Shown here in pieces: positions 56,797 to 64,000 of a stretch of DNA of 64,000 nucleotides (position 1 is the stretch's first letter; every line of letters starts with the position of its first letter). Source of the stretch: Caldilineaceae bacterium (GTDB taxonomy: Bacteria; Chloroflexota; Anaerolineae; Caldilineales; Caldilineaceae); the NCBI GenBank assembly GCA_965242905.1, contig CBDETM010000002.1:4281998-4345997 (forward strand). The letters run 5' to 3'. Below the pieces are notes generated by a model. The model was not told where the DNA came from. It ran no database searches and worked only from the letters and a program-made list of their open reading frames with translations. The position numbers and the translations under genes are program-made.

Positions 56797-57681
56797 ATGT
56801 CCCTGATCAAACCCTTCCTCCAGGATGATGCCTTCCTCCAAGACGTGCAGAATGCAGCCGGAAACGAACGCGTCCTGCACCTCTGGTGGCTCGGTCAAAG
56901 CGGCTTTTTGCTCAAATGGCAGAACAGATTCCTTCTCTTCGACCCCTACCTCTCCGATTCCCTCACCAAGAAGTACGCCGCCACCGACAAACCCCACATC
57001 CGCATGACCGAGCGGGTCGTCGCGCCCGGCAAGCTCAACTTCGTTACTGTTGTAACATCCAGTCATAACCACACAGATCATCTGGACGGCGAGACGCTCG
57101 GCCCCCTCATGGCGGCGAACCCCGACCTTCAGTTCGTAATACCAGAGGCCAACCGGGCTTTCGTAGCCGGTCGATTGGCCTGCGACCCGGCCTGGCCTGT
57201 GGGCTTGGACGACGGAGACTACAGAGAGGTGGGCGCATTCCGCATTCACGGTATCGCCGCCGCACACGAAGAGTTGGAGAGGGACGAAAAGGGGCAGTGC
57301 AGATTCCTTGGATATGTGGTGCGTTTCGGCCCTTGGACCGTCTATCACAGCGGGGACACAGTCCATTACAGTGGGCTGGTGGAGCGGCTAACGCCTTTCA
57401 ACGTGGATGTTGCCATCCTGCCCATCAACGGCAGCAGGCCGGAGCGCAAAGTTGCCGGCAATCTCAACGGCGTCGAAGCCGCCACCCTCGCGTGCGCCAT
57501 CAACGCCAAGCTGGCCATCCCCTGCCACTACGAGATGTTCACCTTCAACACTGCTTCGCCAGATACCTTCACAAAAGCGGCTGCCGCATTGGAGCAACCG
57601 GTCAGAGTGCTGCGTGCCGGAGAAAGCTGCACACTGGAAAAGTCGACTGCCGGTGTCATGACGGTTCGATCAGCCGGTTGA
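56797..57681 (+). CDS. MBL-fold metallo-hydrolase
   Basis: WWLGQSGFLL and the SHNHTDHLD (HxHxDH) motif. 294 aa. Confidence 0.85.
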   Translation: MSLIKPFLQDDAFLQDVQNAAGNERVLHLWWLGQSGFLLKWQNRFLLFDPYLSDSLTKKYAATDKPHIRMTERVVAPGKLNFVTVVTSSHNHTDHLDGETLGPLMAANPDLQFVIPEANRAFVAGRLACDPAWPVGLDDGDYREVGAFRIHGIAAAHEELERDEKGQCRFLGYVVRFGPWTVYHSGDTVHYSGLVERLTPFNVDVAILPINGSRPERKVAGNLNGVEAATLACAINAKLAIPCHYEMFTFNTASPDTFTKAAAALEQPVRVLRAGESCTLEKSTAGVMTVRSAG

Positions 57682-58630
57682 CAGCCTCTCGTGACAGAGC
57701 ATCCAGCGGCCTGTCGGGCGTAGAGACCACAGTTGCTGCCACTGCATTTGCAAAGCGCGCCGCCTGGTCAGCAGGGGACCCCTCCTTTACTGCCAGCAGG
57801 AATCCGGCATTAAATGAGTCCCCCGCACCCACGGTAGTCTGAACATCGACCGAGAATCCGGGCACGTAAGTCGGCGCGCCCGCCGAGACTGCAGCGCTGC
57901 CATCCCTTTCCAGTACCACAGCGCCTTCCGCCCCCCGTTTGATGACCACACATCTCGCCCCGCCCTCCAGGATCGCGGCCATCCCGGCCGCCAGCTCTGC
58001 CCCACCGGTACAAACCGCTAGCTCATGCTCGTTGCAGATGAAATAATCTGTGTAAGCCAGCAGCGGACGAAGCTCCTCCAGCAGCGCCGGTTCGCCGATG
58101 GCCGGACCGATGTCTACCGCAGTGCGCGTGTCGCTCTTTCGACACTCCCGAAACAGTTCGACTGCGCCGTAAGGACGCAGACCCGGCATTATCGAATAGC
58201 TCGTCAGCAGCACCATGTCCGAGCCGCGCACCAGAGCGCTGTCTATGGAAACGCCGTCAACAGCCCTGTTAGCGCCTTCGTGGTGAAAGGCCAGCCGGCT
58301 CTGCTCCCTGTCGCTGAGAATGAGCGTCGTCGCAGTCCCTTGCCCAGCGTACCTTCTGACGCTCCCCATCCTGACACCCGCGTCAACAAGCTGCTCCGCC
58401 ATCCAATCGCCAAGATGGTCCACGCCCAAGCCCCCAACCAGTTCCACCTCCGCCCCCAGACGCGCCAGGGCATAGGCCGAATTCGCCCCATTTCCCCCCA
58501 GCGACGTTCTGAGCGGCTCGTCATGAAAGACAAGGCTGTCTACCGTAAACTCATCCCCCTCGCTGCGCGGCATCCCAGCCAGATTGGACACGAAAAGATC
58601 AACGGTGCAGGTCCCGATAACGGTAAACAT
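57656..58630 (-). CDS. PfkB family carbohydrate kinase
   Basis: MFTVIGTCTVDLF start, and TVGAGDSFNAGFL (GAGD) near the C-terminus. ATG at 58630; the ORF is open to a TTG at 58711. Confidence 0.85.
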   Translation of the reverse strand: MFTVIGTCTVDLFVSNLAGMPRSEGDEFTVDSLVFHDEPLRTSLGGNGANSAYALARLGAEVELVGGLGVDHLGDWMAEQLVDAGVRMGSVRRYAGQGTATTLILSDREQSRLAFHHEGANRAVDGVSIDSALVRGSDMVLLTSYSIMPGLRPYGAVELFRECRKSDTRTAVDIGPAIGEPALLEELRPLLAYTDYFICNEHELAVCTGGAELAAGMAAILEGGARCVVIKRGAEGAVVLERDGSAAVSAGAPTYVPGFSVDVQTTVGAGDSFNAGFLLAVKEGSPADQAARFANAVAATVVSTPDRPLDALSREAVNRLIEPS

Positions 58631-58751
58631 GGTATTTCTGACCCCCGGAACAATCGAGCCGGCCTGACAGTTGAACGGAGTCCGGATCCGGCCCCAAATC
58701 GTCACATGCAATCACTCTCAAACCACTATTCTATAGCCGATCTCAACAGCA

Positions 58752-58766
58752 GTGAAACAGTTTCAC
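58752..58766. promoter_or_regulatory. 15-bp palindrome GTGAAAC-A-GTTTCAC, candidate regulator site upstream of the PfkB kinase gene
   Basis: Read directly. It lies about 125 nt upstream of the ATG at 58630. Confidence 0.3.
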
Positions 58767-58775
58767 CATCCCCCC

Positions 58776-58800
58776 GTAGGGGCACCCCTTGTGGGTGCCC
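58776..58800. repeat. REP-like element: GTAG head followed by the 8-bp GC hairpin GGGCACCC-CTTGT-GGGTGCCC
   Basis: Read directly. It shares the CCCTTGTG loop context with the 65-bp repeat core. Confidence 0.45.
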
Positions 58801-58961
58801 TCGTGACGGCCTCACCTTCGAGGACGCCTTCTGAACCTTTATGTCTCTCATGGACTGATTACATCATGGGCCCGCAAATTCCAGGTCGGACAAACGTAAA
58901 CGACTCCCGTCCTCAACGCCAGTCTTGATTCCACAACTCATGACCGACGACATTTCAATCT

Positions 58962-58982
58962 CTTGATTTCCAAGAAATCAAG
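58962..58982. promoter_or_regulatory. perfect 21-bp palindrome CTTGATTTC-CAA-GAAATCAAG, candidate operator over the -35 region of the 59002 promoter
   Basis: Read directly. It ends 22 nt before the TATAAT at 59005. Confidence 0.4.
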
Positions 58983-59001
58983 GCAAAAACATCGAAAACA
59001 G

Positions 59002-59010
59002 TGATATAAT
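59002..59010 (+). promoter_or_regulatory. extended -10 promoter element TGATATAAT
   Basis: Exact TGnTATAAT. There is no annotated gene for about 1.4 kb downstream. Confidence 0.4.
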
Positions 59011-59410
59011 AGAACCGTGGCCAGATGTGAAAAGCCAATACCGAAAGCGTACTGTCATCGTCATGCCATGACTCCCTCTGCAGGGAATCTGACATCGAAA
59101 GACGGCACCGGCAAGACAGTTGGCTGCCCATAAACTGTCGGCCCGGCACACGACAAAGACTGCGAGGATACGCGTTCGTAGCCCAGCGCAGAAGTCCGGG
59201 AAAAAGCAAAATACGCCCGTCCTGACACGACCCTTCCCGACCCGGAGTGTCCAGACGCGTCGCCCTGCTCTCCCGGTCGCCTGCTGACCGGCGCGTGTCT
59301 GGCGTCTGCGAGAATCGCGTAGCGGTTGCCAGTACTGGGAATCGACTCGATGAACGAAAAAACTGATGCATCAGCGTTACAACAACAAGAGCAAGAAAAA
59401 AATTCGCCCG

Positions 59411-59457
59411 CTTTTGCCCGACTTTTCCGCTATTTCCGCTATTTCCGCCATTTCCGC
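59411..59457. repeat. 9-bp tandem repeat (C/T)(A/T)TTTCCGC, four good copies plus a degenerate leading copy
   Basis: CTTTTGCCC(GA)CTTTTCCGC TATTTCCGC TATTTCCGC CATTTCCGC, read directly. Confidence 0.85.
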
Positions 59458-59499
59458 CATATTGACGCCCAGACTCGTCCCGCCATATAAGTTTTGTAC

Positions 59500-59790
59500 A
59501 ACTCTCGTTCAACGCACAGAAGCACTCGTGAGGGCACGTCAGCGCCGGCCAAGCCCTTACGAAAGCTCATCACGAAATCCCGTGAACTGGTTTTCAGACA
59601 ACCCCAAAACGCTCGTAAACGCTCATAAACTCTGGTCCAACGCTCACACGAGACTACCTGACATGCAAAGCCTCCGTCTAAGCCAATCACGCAAGTCCCG
59701 TAAACCGGTTCTCAGACAACCCTATAGCGCTCGTAAACGCTCGTTAACTCTCGTAAACGCTAGTAAACTCTCGTCCAACACACAGACAAC
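59500..59790. repeat. degenerate ~130-bp tandem repeat (about 2.3 units) containing nested 10-bp tandem repeats CGCTCGTAAA
   Basis: Units start at about 59500, 59627 and 59765 (AACTCTCGTYCAAC...). The 10-mers lie at 59610-59639 (3 copies) and 59728-59777 (5 copies). Confidence 0.8.
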
Positions 59791-60132
59791 AATGCCTGCC
59801 CCTTTACATCAAAATGAACCTGATGCATACAAGCCGGCTGGAGAACTGACCATCTCCCGAAAGTTCTCTCCTGGGTAGAAGCGAATGCTTTGTCCCAATC
59901 GTAGGGGGGCGCCATTCGTCTGCTATGGTGGCGACCGAGTTCAGACGATCTGGCCCGTGCCCTGGGAAACCATTTCTCTCGCCTAAGAAGAACCTGAAGG
60001 TGAGGGAGGGCCGCTGTAGGTCAGTAATCTGGCGAAAACCTAAACGCCCCTGTTGATCAAGTACAGCGAGGAATCAGTTGCAGAGGCAGATTGCCTAAAA
60101 GCACTCGAATTTTTCGTCACAGAGTCGCCATC

Positions 60133-60141
60133 TGATATAAT
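60133..60141 (+). promoter_or_regulatory. extended -10 promoter element TGATATAAT, likely promoter of the sugar ABC operon (about 300-nt leader)
   Basis: Exact TGnTATAAT, 309 nt upstream of the ATG at 60450. Confidence 0.4.
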
Positions 60142-60449
60142 CCCCTGGATATATCATCGCCTGGCATTCGAGCCTGGCTCAGACCCAGTGCCAGAAGGGC
60201 CCCACCTGCCTGGGAGTCTCTCCAATTGCCCCGCCCAAACGTGCATCCCCTGTACACAGCGGACGGCAAGCGCCAAGGACGCATTCCTGCAAGTCGGTGA
60301 ACCTGCAGCAGAAAGGTTGCGTCCCAGGGACGGCGTGTTGGCTCCGTCTTGGCAAAAAATGCGGCCATGGCTGAAAACGCAATGCATTCCAGCTACTGCA
60401 AATACAAAGAAGGAATCGCTCAGCAATCCAACTCAAGGAGGAAAGTTGC

Positions 60450-61805
60450 ATGACAAGACGAACAATTAGCCGCCGAGACTTCCTGCGCACCTCCGGCCTC
60501 GTTGCCGGCTCCGCCGCGCTGGCCGCCTGCGCAGCACCCGGCGCTGCACCAGCCGCCTCGGAAGGCGATGACTCCATGGCCGCCGAACCCCAGACCATCT
60601 CCTGGTGGTATGCCTGGGGCAATCTTGACCCCGCTGTGGAGTCAATCTCCCAGCTCGAAAGCTTTAAGGCGCATATCGGCGAAAACACAACCTTGGACTA
60701 TCGCGGCAGTACCGGCAATGAGGCCGTTCTGACCGCGCTGGCAGCCGGAGATCCTCCGGATGGCGGCTCCAACATGGACTATCCCGGCCTCTGGTCCCGC
60801 GGCGTTTGTCTACCGGTCAACGATATGGTGGACTCCAGTGAGATCATCGACCCGAACGAAGTGGTCGACGCCGTCTGGCAGGGAGGATTCTACGGTGCCG
60901 ATCTCATCGGCGTACCTTCCATCGAGTCTTTCCTCTGGTATGGGTTGAACTACAATGCCCAGCACGTTGAAGAGGCCGGCCTCGACCCTGACAACCCACC
61001 GTTGACATGGGAAGGCGTCATGGAATGGCACAAGGAGCTCTCACAGTTTGACGACGGCGGCAACGTCCTCCGCATCGGCCTTGACCCCATTGACGCCATG
61101 GCCGGTGAACCCGACTTCATCGCTACCTCTTATGGTCACACCTGGTGGAATGACGAAGAACAGACCTTCCACCTTGACCACGAGTTGATGGCCCAAGGCA
61201 TCGAAACGCAGGCCGAATTCTTCCGCTTCATTGGCCCCGACAACTTCGCCGGCCTTCGCTCCGTCGAGGGGCAGGGCACTTGGGGCGCAGCCTTCAACGC
61301 CGAAGTCCAATCCATGATTATTGAAGGATATTGGCACGCTGGCGAGACTACAATCCAGAAGCCGGAGGTGGCCGTCCACAATCGGGCCACCTGGGCGCCC
61401 GTACCCGCCTTCCGCGAGGGCGCAAAGATCATGGCTACCGGTCCCCATATGGTACAGATCTACCGCGACGGCAAAAACCCGGATGGAATATTCAAAGTTG
61501 CCGAATTCCTCCACACCGAAGAACCGCTCAATATCATTTTCCATGAAGTCGGCTGGATTATGGGCATCCAGTCATGGTTGCCCACGATCGATGTAGACAC
61601 CTTCCCCGGACTGCGTTTCTACATTGACAACATCGAGGAAGTGACCGACTGGATCGTGGGACGTCGTTCGCCGATCCACTGGTTCGTTAATACGCAACTT
61701 TGGGATCTTCGCGAACAAGTCTACCGTGACTTGATTACCCCCCAAGAGGCAGTGGCAGAGTTGCAGAAACGCGCCGAAGACGAGTGGGAAGCCCAAGGAC
61801 TCTAA
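60450..61805 (+). CDS. sugar ABC transporter substrate-binding lipoprotein (family 1) with a Tat-type signal
   Basis: MTRRTISRRDFLRTSGLVAGSAALAAC (twin-arginine plus lipobox). AAGGAGG SD. 451 aa. Confidence 0.88.
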   Translation: MTRRTISRRDFLRTSGLVAGSAALAACAAPGAAPAASEGDDSMAAEPQTISWWYAWGNLDPAVESISQLESFKAHIGENTTLDYRGSTGNEAVLTALAAGDPPDGGSNMDYPGLWSRGVCLPVNDMVDSSEIIDPNEVVDAVWQGGFYGADLIGVPSIESFLWYGLNYNAQHVEEAGLDPDNPPLTWEGVMEWHKELSQFDDGGNVLRIGLDPIDAMAGEPDFIATSYGHTWWNDEEQTFHLDHELMAQGIETQAEFFRFIGPDNFAGLRSVEGQGTWGAAFNAEVQSMIIEGYWHAGETTIQKPEVAVHNRATWAPVPAFREGAKIMATGPHMVQIYRDGKNPDGIFKVAEFLHTEEPLNIIFHEVGWIMGIQSWLPTIDVDTFPGLRFYIDNIEEVTDWIVGRRSPIHWFVNTQLWDLREQVYRDLITPQEAVAELQKRAEDEWEAQGL

Positions 61806-61818
61806 CTTTGGTAACCTA

Positions 61819-61845
61819 GCGGCCAGGCCCGTCGGGCCTGGCCGC
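61819..61845 (+). other. 12-bp GC-rich intercistronic hairpin GCGGCCAGGCCC-GTC-GGGCCTGGCCGC
   Basis: It lies 14 nt after the binding-protein stop and 31 nt before the permease start. There is no U-tract, so it is more likely an mRNA-stabilising or partial-termination hairpin. Confidence 0.45.
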
Positions 61846-61875
61846 TTAACACATGGATAAGAGAAGGAATCTCGT

Positions 61876-62793
61876 ATGGCAGCCAGCACAGAAAAGGTCA
61901 GTCGCTATACGCCGCAGGAATGGCGCAACCTGCGCTTGGGACTGCTGTTCGTCTCACCTTGGGCTCTGGGTTTTCTTCTCTTTACGATCTATCCTCTTTT
62001 GTCTTCCCTCTATTACAGCCTCACCCGCTACGATCTGCTGCGACCGCCAGTCTTTCTCGGGGCCAAAAACTATTTGACCCTCTTCTTTGACGATCCGCAT
62101 TTCTGGAACGTCATGTACAACACCCTCTTCTATGTGGGGCTCAGCGTTCCCTTCGGCGTCGGCGCGGCGTTCATTATTGCAAATATGTTGAACTCCAGGA
62201 TCGTTGCCCGCTCCTTCTTCCGCAGTGTCATCTACGTCCCGTCGATTGTTCCAGCAGTGGCATCTGCGATGGTGTGGCAGTTCCTGATGAACGTGCAATA
62301 TGGCGCCATCAACGGTGTGCTTCGCTATTTCGGCCTGCCCATCATCCCTTTTCTCTCCAACCCGGGCTGGGCCAAGCCCTCACTGATCCTCGTCGCGATA
62401 TGGGCTCAAGGGGCTGCCGTTGTCATATTCCTGGCTGCCCTGCAGGATGTCCCACGCTCTCTCTACGAGGCCGCAACCGTGGACGGGGCCAACCTGTGGC
62501 ACAAATTTCGCAACGTCACCATTCCACTGACCTCACCAATTATCCTGTTCAATCTGATAATGGGGCTGATTGTCGCTTTCCAGGAGTTTACCGTCCCCTG
62601 GCTTCTTACCGAGGGCGGCCCCATGAACTCGACAGAGTTCTATCTGATCCATCTCTATCGTAATGCCTTTGAATACCTGAGAATGGGTAAAGCGTCCGCC
62701 TTGGCCTGGATTCTGTTCCTGATTATCGTAATTTTCTCACTCATCATTTTCAAGTCTTCGGCCCGCTGGGTCTATTACGGGGGCGAGAAATGA
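61876..62793 (+). CDS. carbohydrate ABC transporter permease (MalF/UgpA-like)
   Basis: EAA-loop region YEAATVDGANLWHKFRNVTIPL. Six-TM pattern. Confidence 0.9.
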   Translation: MAASTEKVSRYTPQEWRNLRLGLLFVSPWALGFLLFTIYPLLSSLYYSLTRYDLLRPPVFLGAKNYLTLFFDDPHFWNVMYNTLFYVGLSVPFGVGAAFIIANMLNSRIVARSFFRSVIYVPSIVPAVASAMVWQFLMNVQYGAINGVLRYFGLPIIPFLSNPGWAKPSLILVAIWAQGAAVVIFLAALQDVPRSLYEAATVDGANLWHKFRNVTIPLTSPIILFNLIMGLIVAFQEFTVPWLLTEGGPMNSTEFYLIHLYRNAFEYLRMGKASALAWILFLIIVIFSLIIFKSSARWVYYGGEK

Positions 62794-63704
62794 CCACCAT
62801 CGCATCGGAGAGCCAAACAAGGCCGGTGCCGCGTCATTACCGTGACACCGGCAGTCGCTGGCAGACGGTCCTGCTTGAAGTCATCAAGTATGCGGTGCTG
62901 ATACCTCTCACCCTCAGCTTCGCCTTTCCTCTTTACTGGATGATCAGCTCGGCGCTAAAGGTGGACTCGCAAGTCTACACCATGCCCCCGATCCTGTTGC
63001 CTTTTCCTATCCATCCCCAAAACTTCATCGAAGGCTGGCAGATTCTGCCCTTTACACAGTACGCCGTCAACTCGGTGGTCTTCTATACCGTACCTGCCGT
63101 TGCCTTTACTGTACTCTCGTCCACAATCGTTGCCTATGGCTTCTCTCGCATCCGCTGGCCGGGGCGGGATACAATATTCTGGCTGGTGGTGATGACCATG
63201 ATGCTGCCCTGGGCAGTGACCATGGTCCCCCTCTTTATCACATTTAAGTGGCTGGGCTGGCTGGACACCTACCGCCCTCTGGTTGTACCCGCCCTGTTCA
63301 GCCATCCATACATCGTATTCCTGCTGCGTCAGTTCTTCATGACCCTTCCCGAAGAACTTTCAGACGCCGCCCGCATCGATGGCGCCAGCGAATTCGGCAT
63401 TCTCTTCCGCATCATCCTCCCACTTACCAAACCGGCCCTGGCCGTCGTCGCCCTCTTCCGATTCCTTTGGGCCTGGAACGACTATCTGGGTCCGCTGATC
63501 TACCTGCGGGACGAGAATCGCTACCCTCTCGCACTGGGAATCGAACAACTGTCACGACGTGCCAACGATGTGGGCAATTTCAGCAACGGCATCCCCTACC
63601 TGATGGCCGTGAGTACGCTCGTCGCCCTCCCAATTATCGTAACCTTCTTCTTCGCGCAGCGTACTTTTATCGAAGGAATTTCGCTGACGGGAATGAAGGG
63701 CTAG
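62790..63704 (+). CDS. carbohydrate ABC transporter permease (MalG/UgpE-like)
   Basis: EAA-loop region DAARIDGASEFGILFRIILPL. Its start overlaps the upstream stop. Confidence 0.9.
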   Translation: MTTIASESQTRPVPRHYRDTGSRWQTVLLEVIKYAVLIPLTLSFAFPLYWMISSALKVDSQVYTMPPILLPFPIHPQNFIEGWQILPFTQYAVNSVVFYTVPAVAFTVLSSTIVAYGFSRIRWPGRDTIFWLVVMTMMLPWAVTMVPLFITFKWLGWLDTYRPLVVPALFSHPYIVFLLRQFFMTLPEELSDAARIDGASEFGILFRIILPLTKPALAVVALFRFLWAWNDYLGPLIYLRDENRYPLALGIEQLSRRANDVGNFSNGIPYLMAVSTLVALPIIVTFFFAQRTFIEGISLTGMKG

Positions 63705-63722
63705 AAAGTAAGGGCGGCCAAC

Positions 63723-64000
63723 ATGCGCACTTTCCTTCCTGCCATTCTTGTCTCAGCACTTCTCCTCTGCGCCTGTTCAGCCGGTTTCGGCTTTGACAAC
63801 CTGCAAGGCTCGACTTCCTACAGTGCGCTCTTAGACACGACTAGCATCACAGTACAACCATTGAACCCCCTCACCGCCTCCGGCGAGCAATCCGGCGCGC
63901 CGTCTCGCCCTTGCACCGGCGCCTTCATCGCACACGAACTTCCCCACAACACCGGCACAGCCTTTGACCGCGTTACATACTTCACCAGCAATGGCGCCGG
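63723..64000 (+). CDS. hypothetical lipoprotein, 5' fragment (continues beyond the window)
   Basis: ATG at 63723. The translation MRTFLPAILVSALLLCACSAGF... has a signal with lipobox and stays open to the window end. No family recognised. Confidence 0.5.
   Translation, partial: MRTFLPAILVSALLLCACSAGFGFDNLQGSTSYSALLDTTSITVQPLNPLTASGEQSGAPSRPCTGAFIAHELPHNTGTAFDRVTYFTSNGA

Noticed and set aside
59191-59200. GAAGTCCGGG, resembling the RNase P RNA P4 motif GAAAGUCCGGG.
   Set aside because: It is only a partial match (AGAAGTCC, not GGAAAGTCC). The complementary 3' P4 strand (ACAGAANCCGGCUUA-like) and other conserved RNase P regions are absent nearby.
59411-59790. Possible CRISPR array, considered because of the multiple short direct repeats.
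   Set aside because: The repeats are 9-10 bp and contiguous, or are degenerate ~130-bp units. There are no 25-40 bp repeats separated by unique spacers of uniform length. No cas genes are in the window.

Overview
GC-rich, densely coding chromosomal segment with about 50 protein genes. I found no rRNA, tRNA, CRISPR array or transposase. The taxon is uncertain; the gene content and GTAG-headed GC hairpins are reminiscent of Chloroflexota, but this is a weak inference.

Genes, left to right:
- Nitrate assimilation: a partial NarK/NrtP-type transporter and nirA.
- Acyl-CoA dehydrogenase, an SDR, and an AAC(3)-like acetyltransferase.
- gatC-gatA behind a structured leader.
- A class I/II aminotransferase, an S8 protease and a D-aminoacylase.
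- A Xer-like tyrosine recombinase beside a glycan/amino-sugar cluster: 2 GT2, an Ig-like lipoprotein, a DegT aminotransferase, Gfo/Idh/MocA, a TIM-barrel isomerase, NmrA and Uma2.
- A NitT/TauT-type ABC importer and a sulfatase.
- A 13.6 kb minus-strand operon. It encodes a permease, dihydropyrimidinase, a beta-ureidopropionase-like CN hydrolase, an ANT(6)-like nucleotidyltransferase and a three-subunit XDH/CoxLMS-family molybdoenzyme interrupted by an uncharacterised polytopic membrane protein. It also encodes a cyclase-family hydrolase, DUF1116 and FdrA.
- A PAT-type acetyltransferase, an RRM RNA-binding protein, trmD, an M23 peptidase and an MsbA-like exporter.
- A sugar-acid module, a PD-(D/E)XK protein, an APH-like kinase, an oxidoreductase, an MBL hydrolase, a PfkB kinase and a sugar ABC importer.

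Most unusual signals:
1. A four-copy modular intergenic repeat family with an invariant 65-bp double-hairpin core preceded by a TGACYAC heptamer microsatellite.
2. A promoter plus four-segment terminator/antiterminator leader in front of gatCAB.
3. The hybrid N-heterocycle catabolic operon with its embedded membrane protein and nucleotidyltransferase.
4. A 1.8 kb non-coding region with nested 9-bp, 10-bp and ~130-bp tandem repeats, palindromes and two TGATATAAT promoters upstream of the sugar ABC operon.

All functional calls come from my reading of the translated ORFs and motifs. No database search was run.
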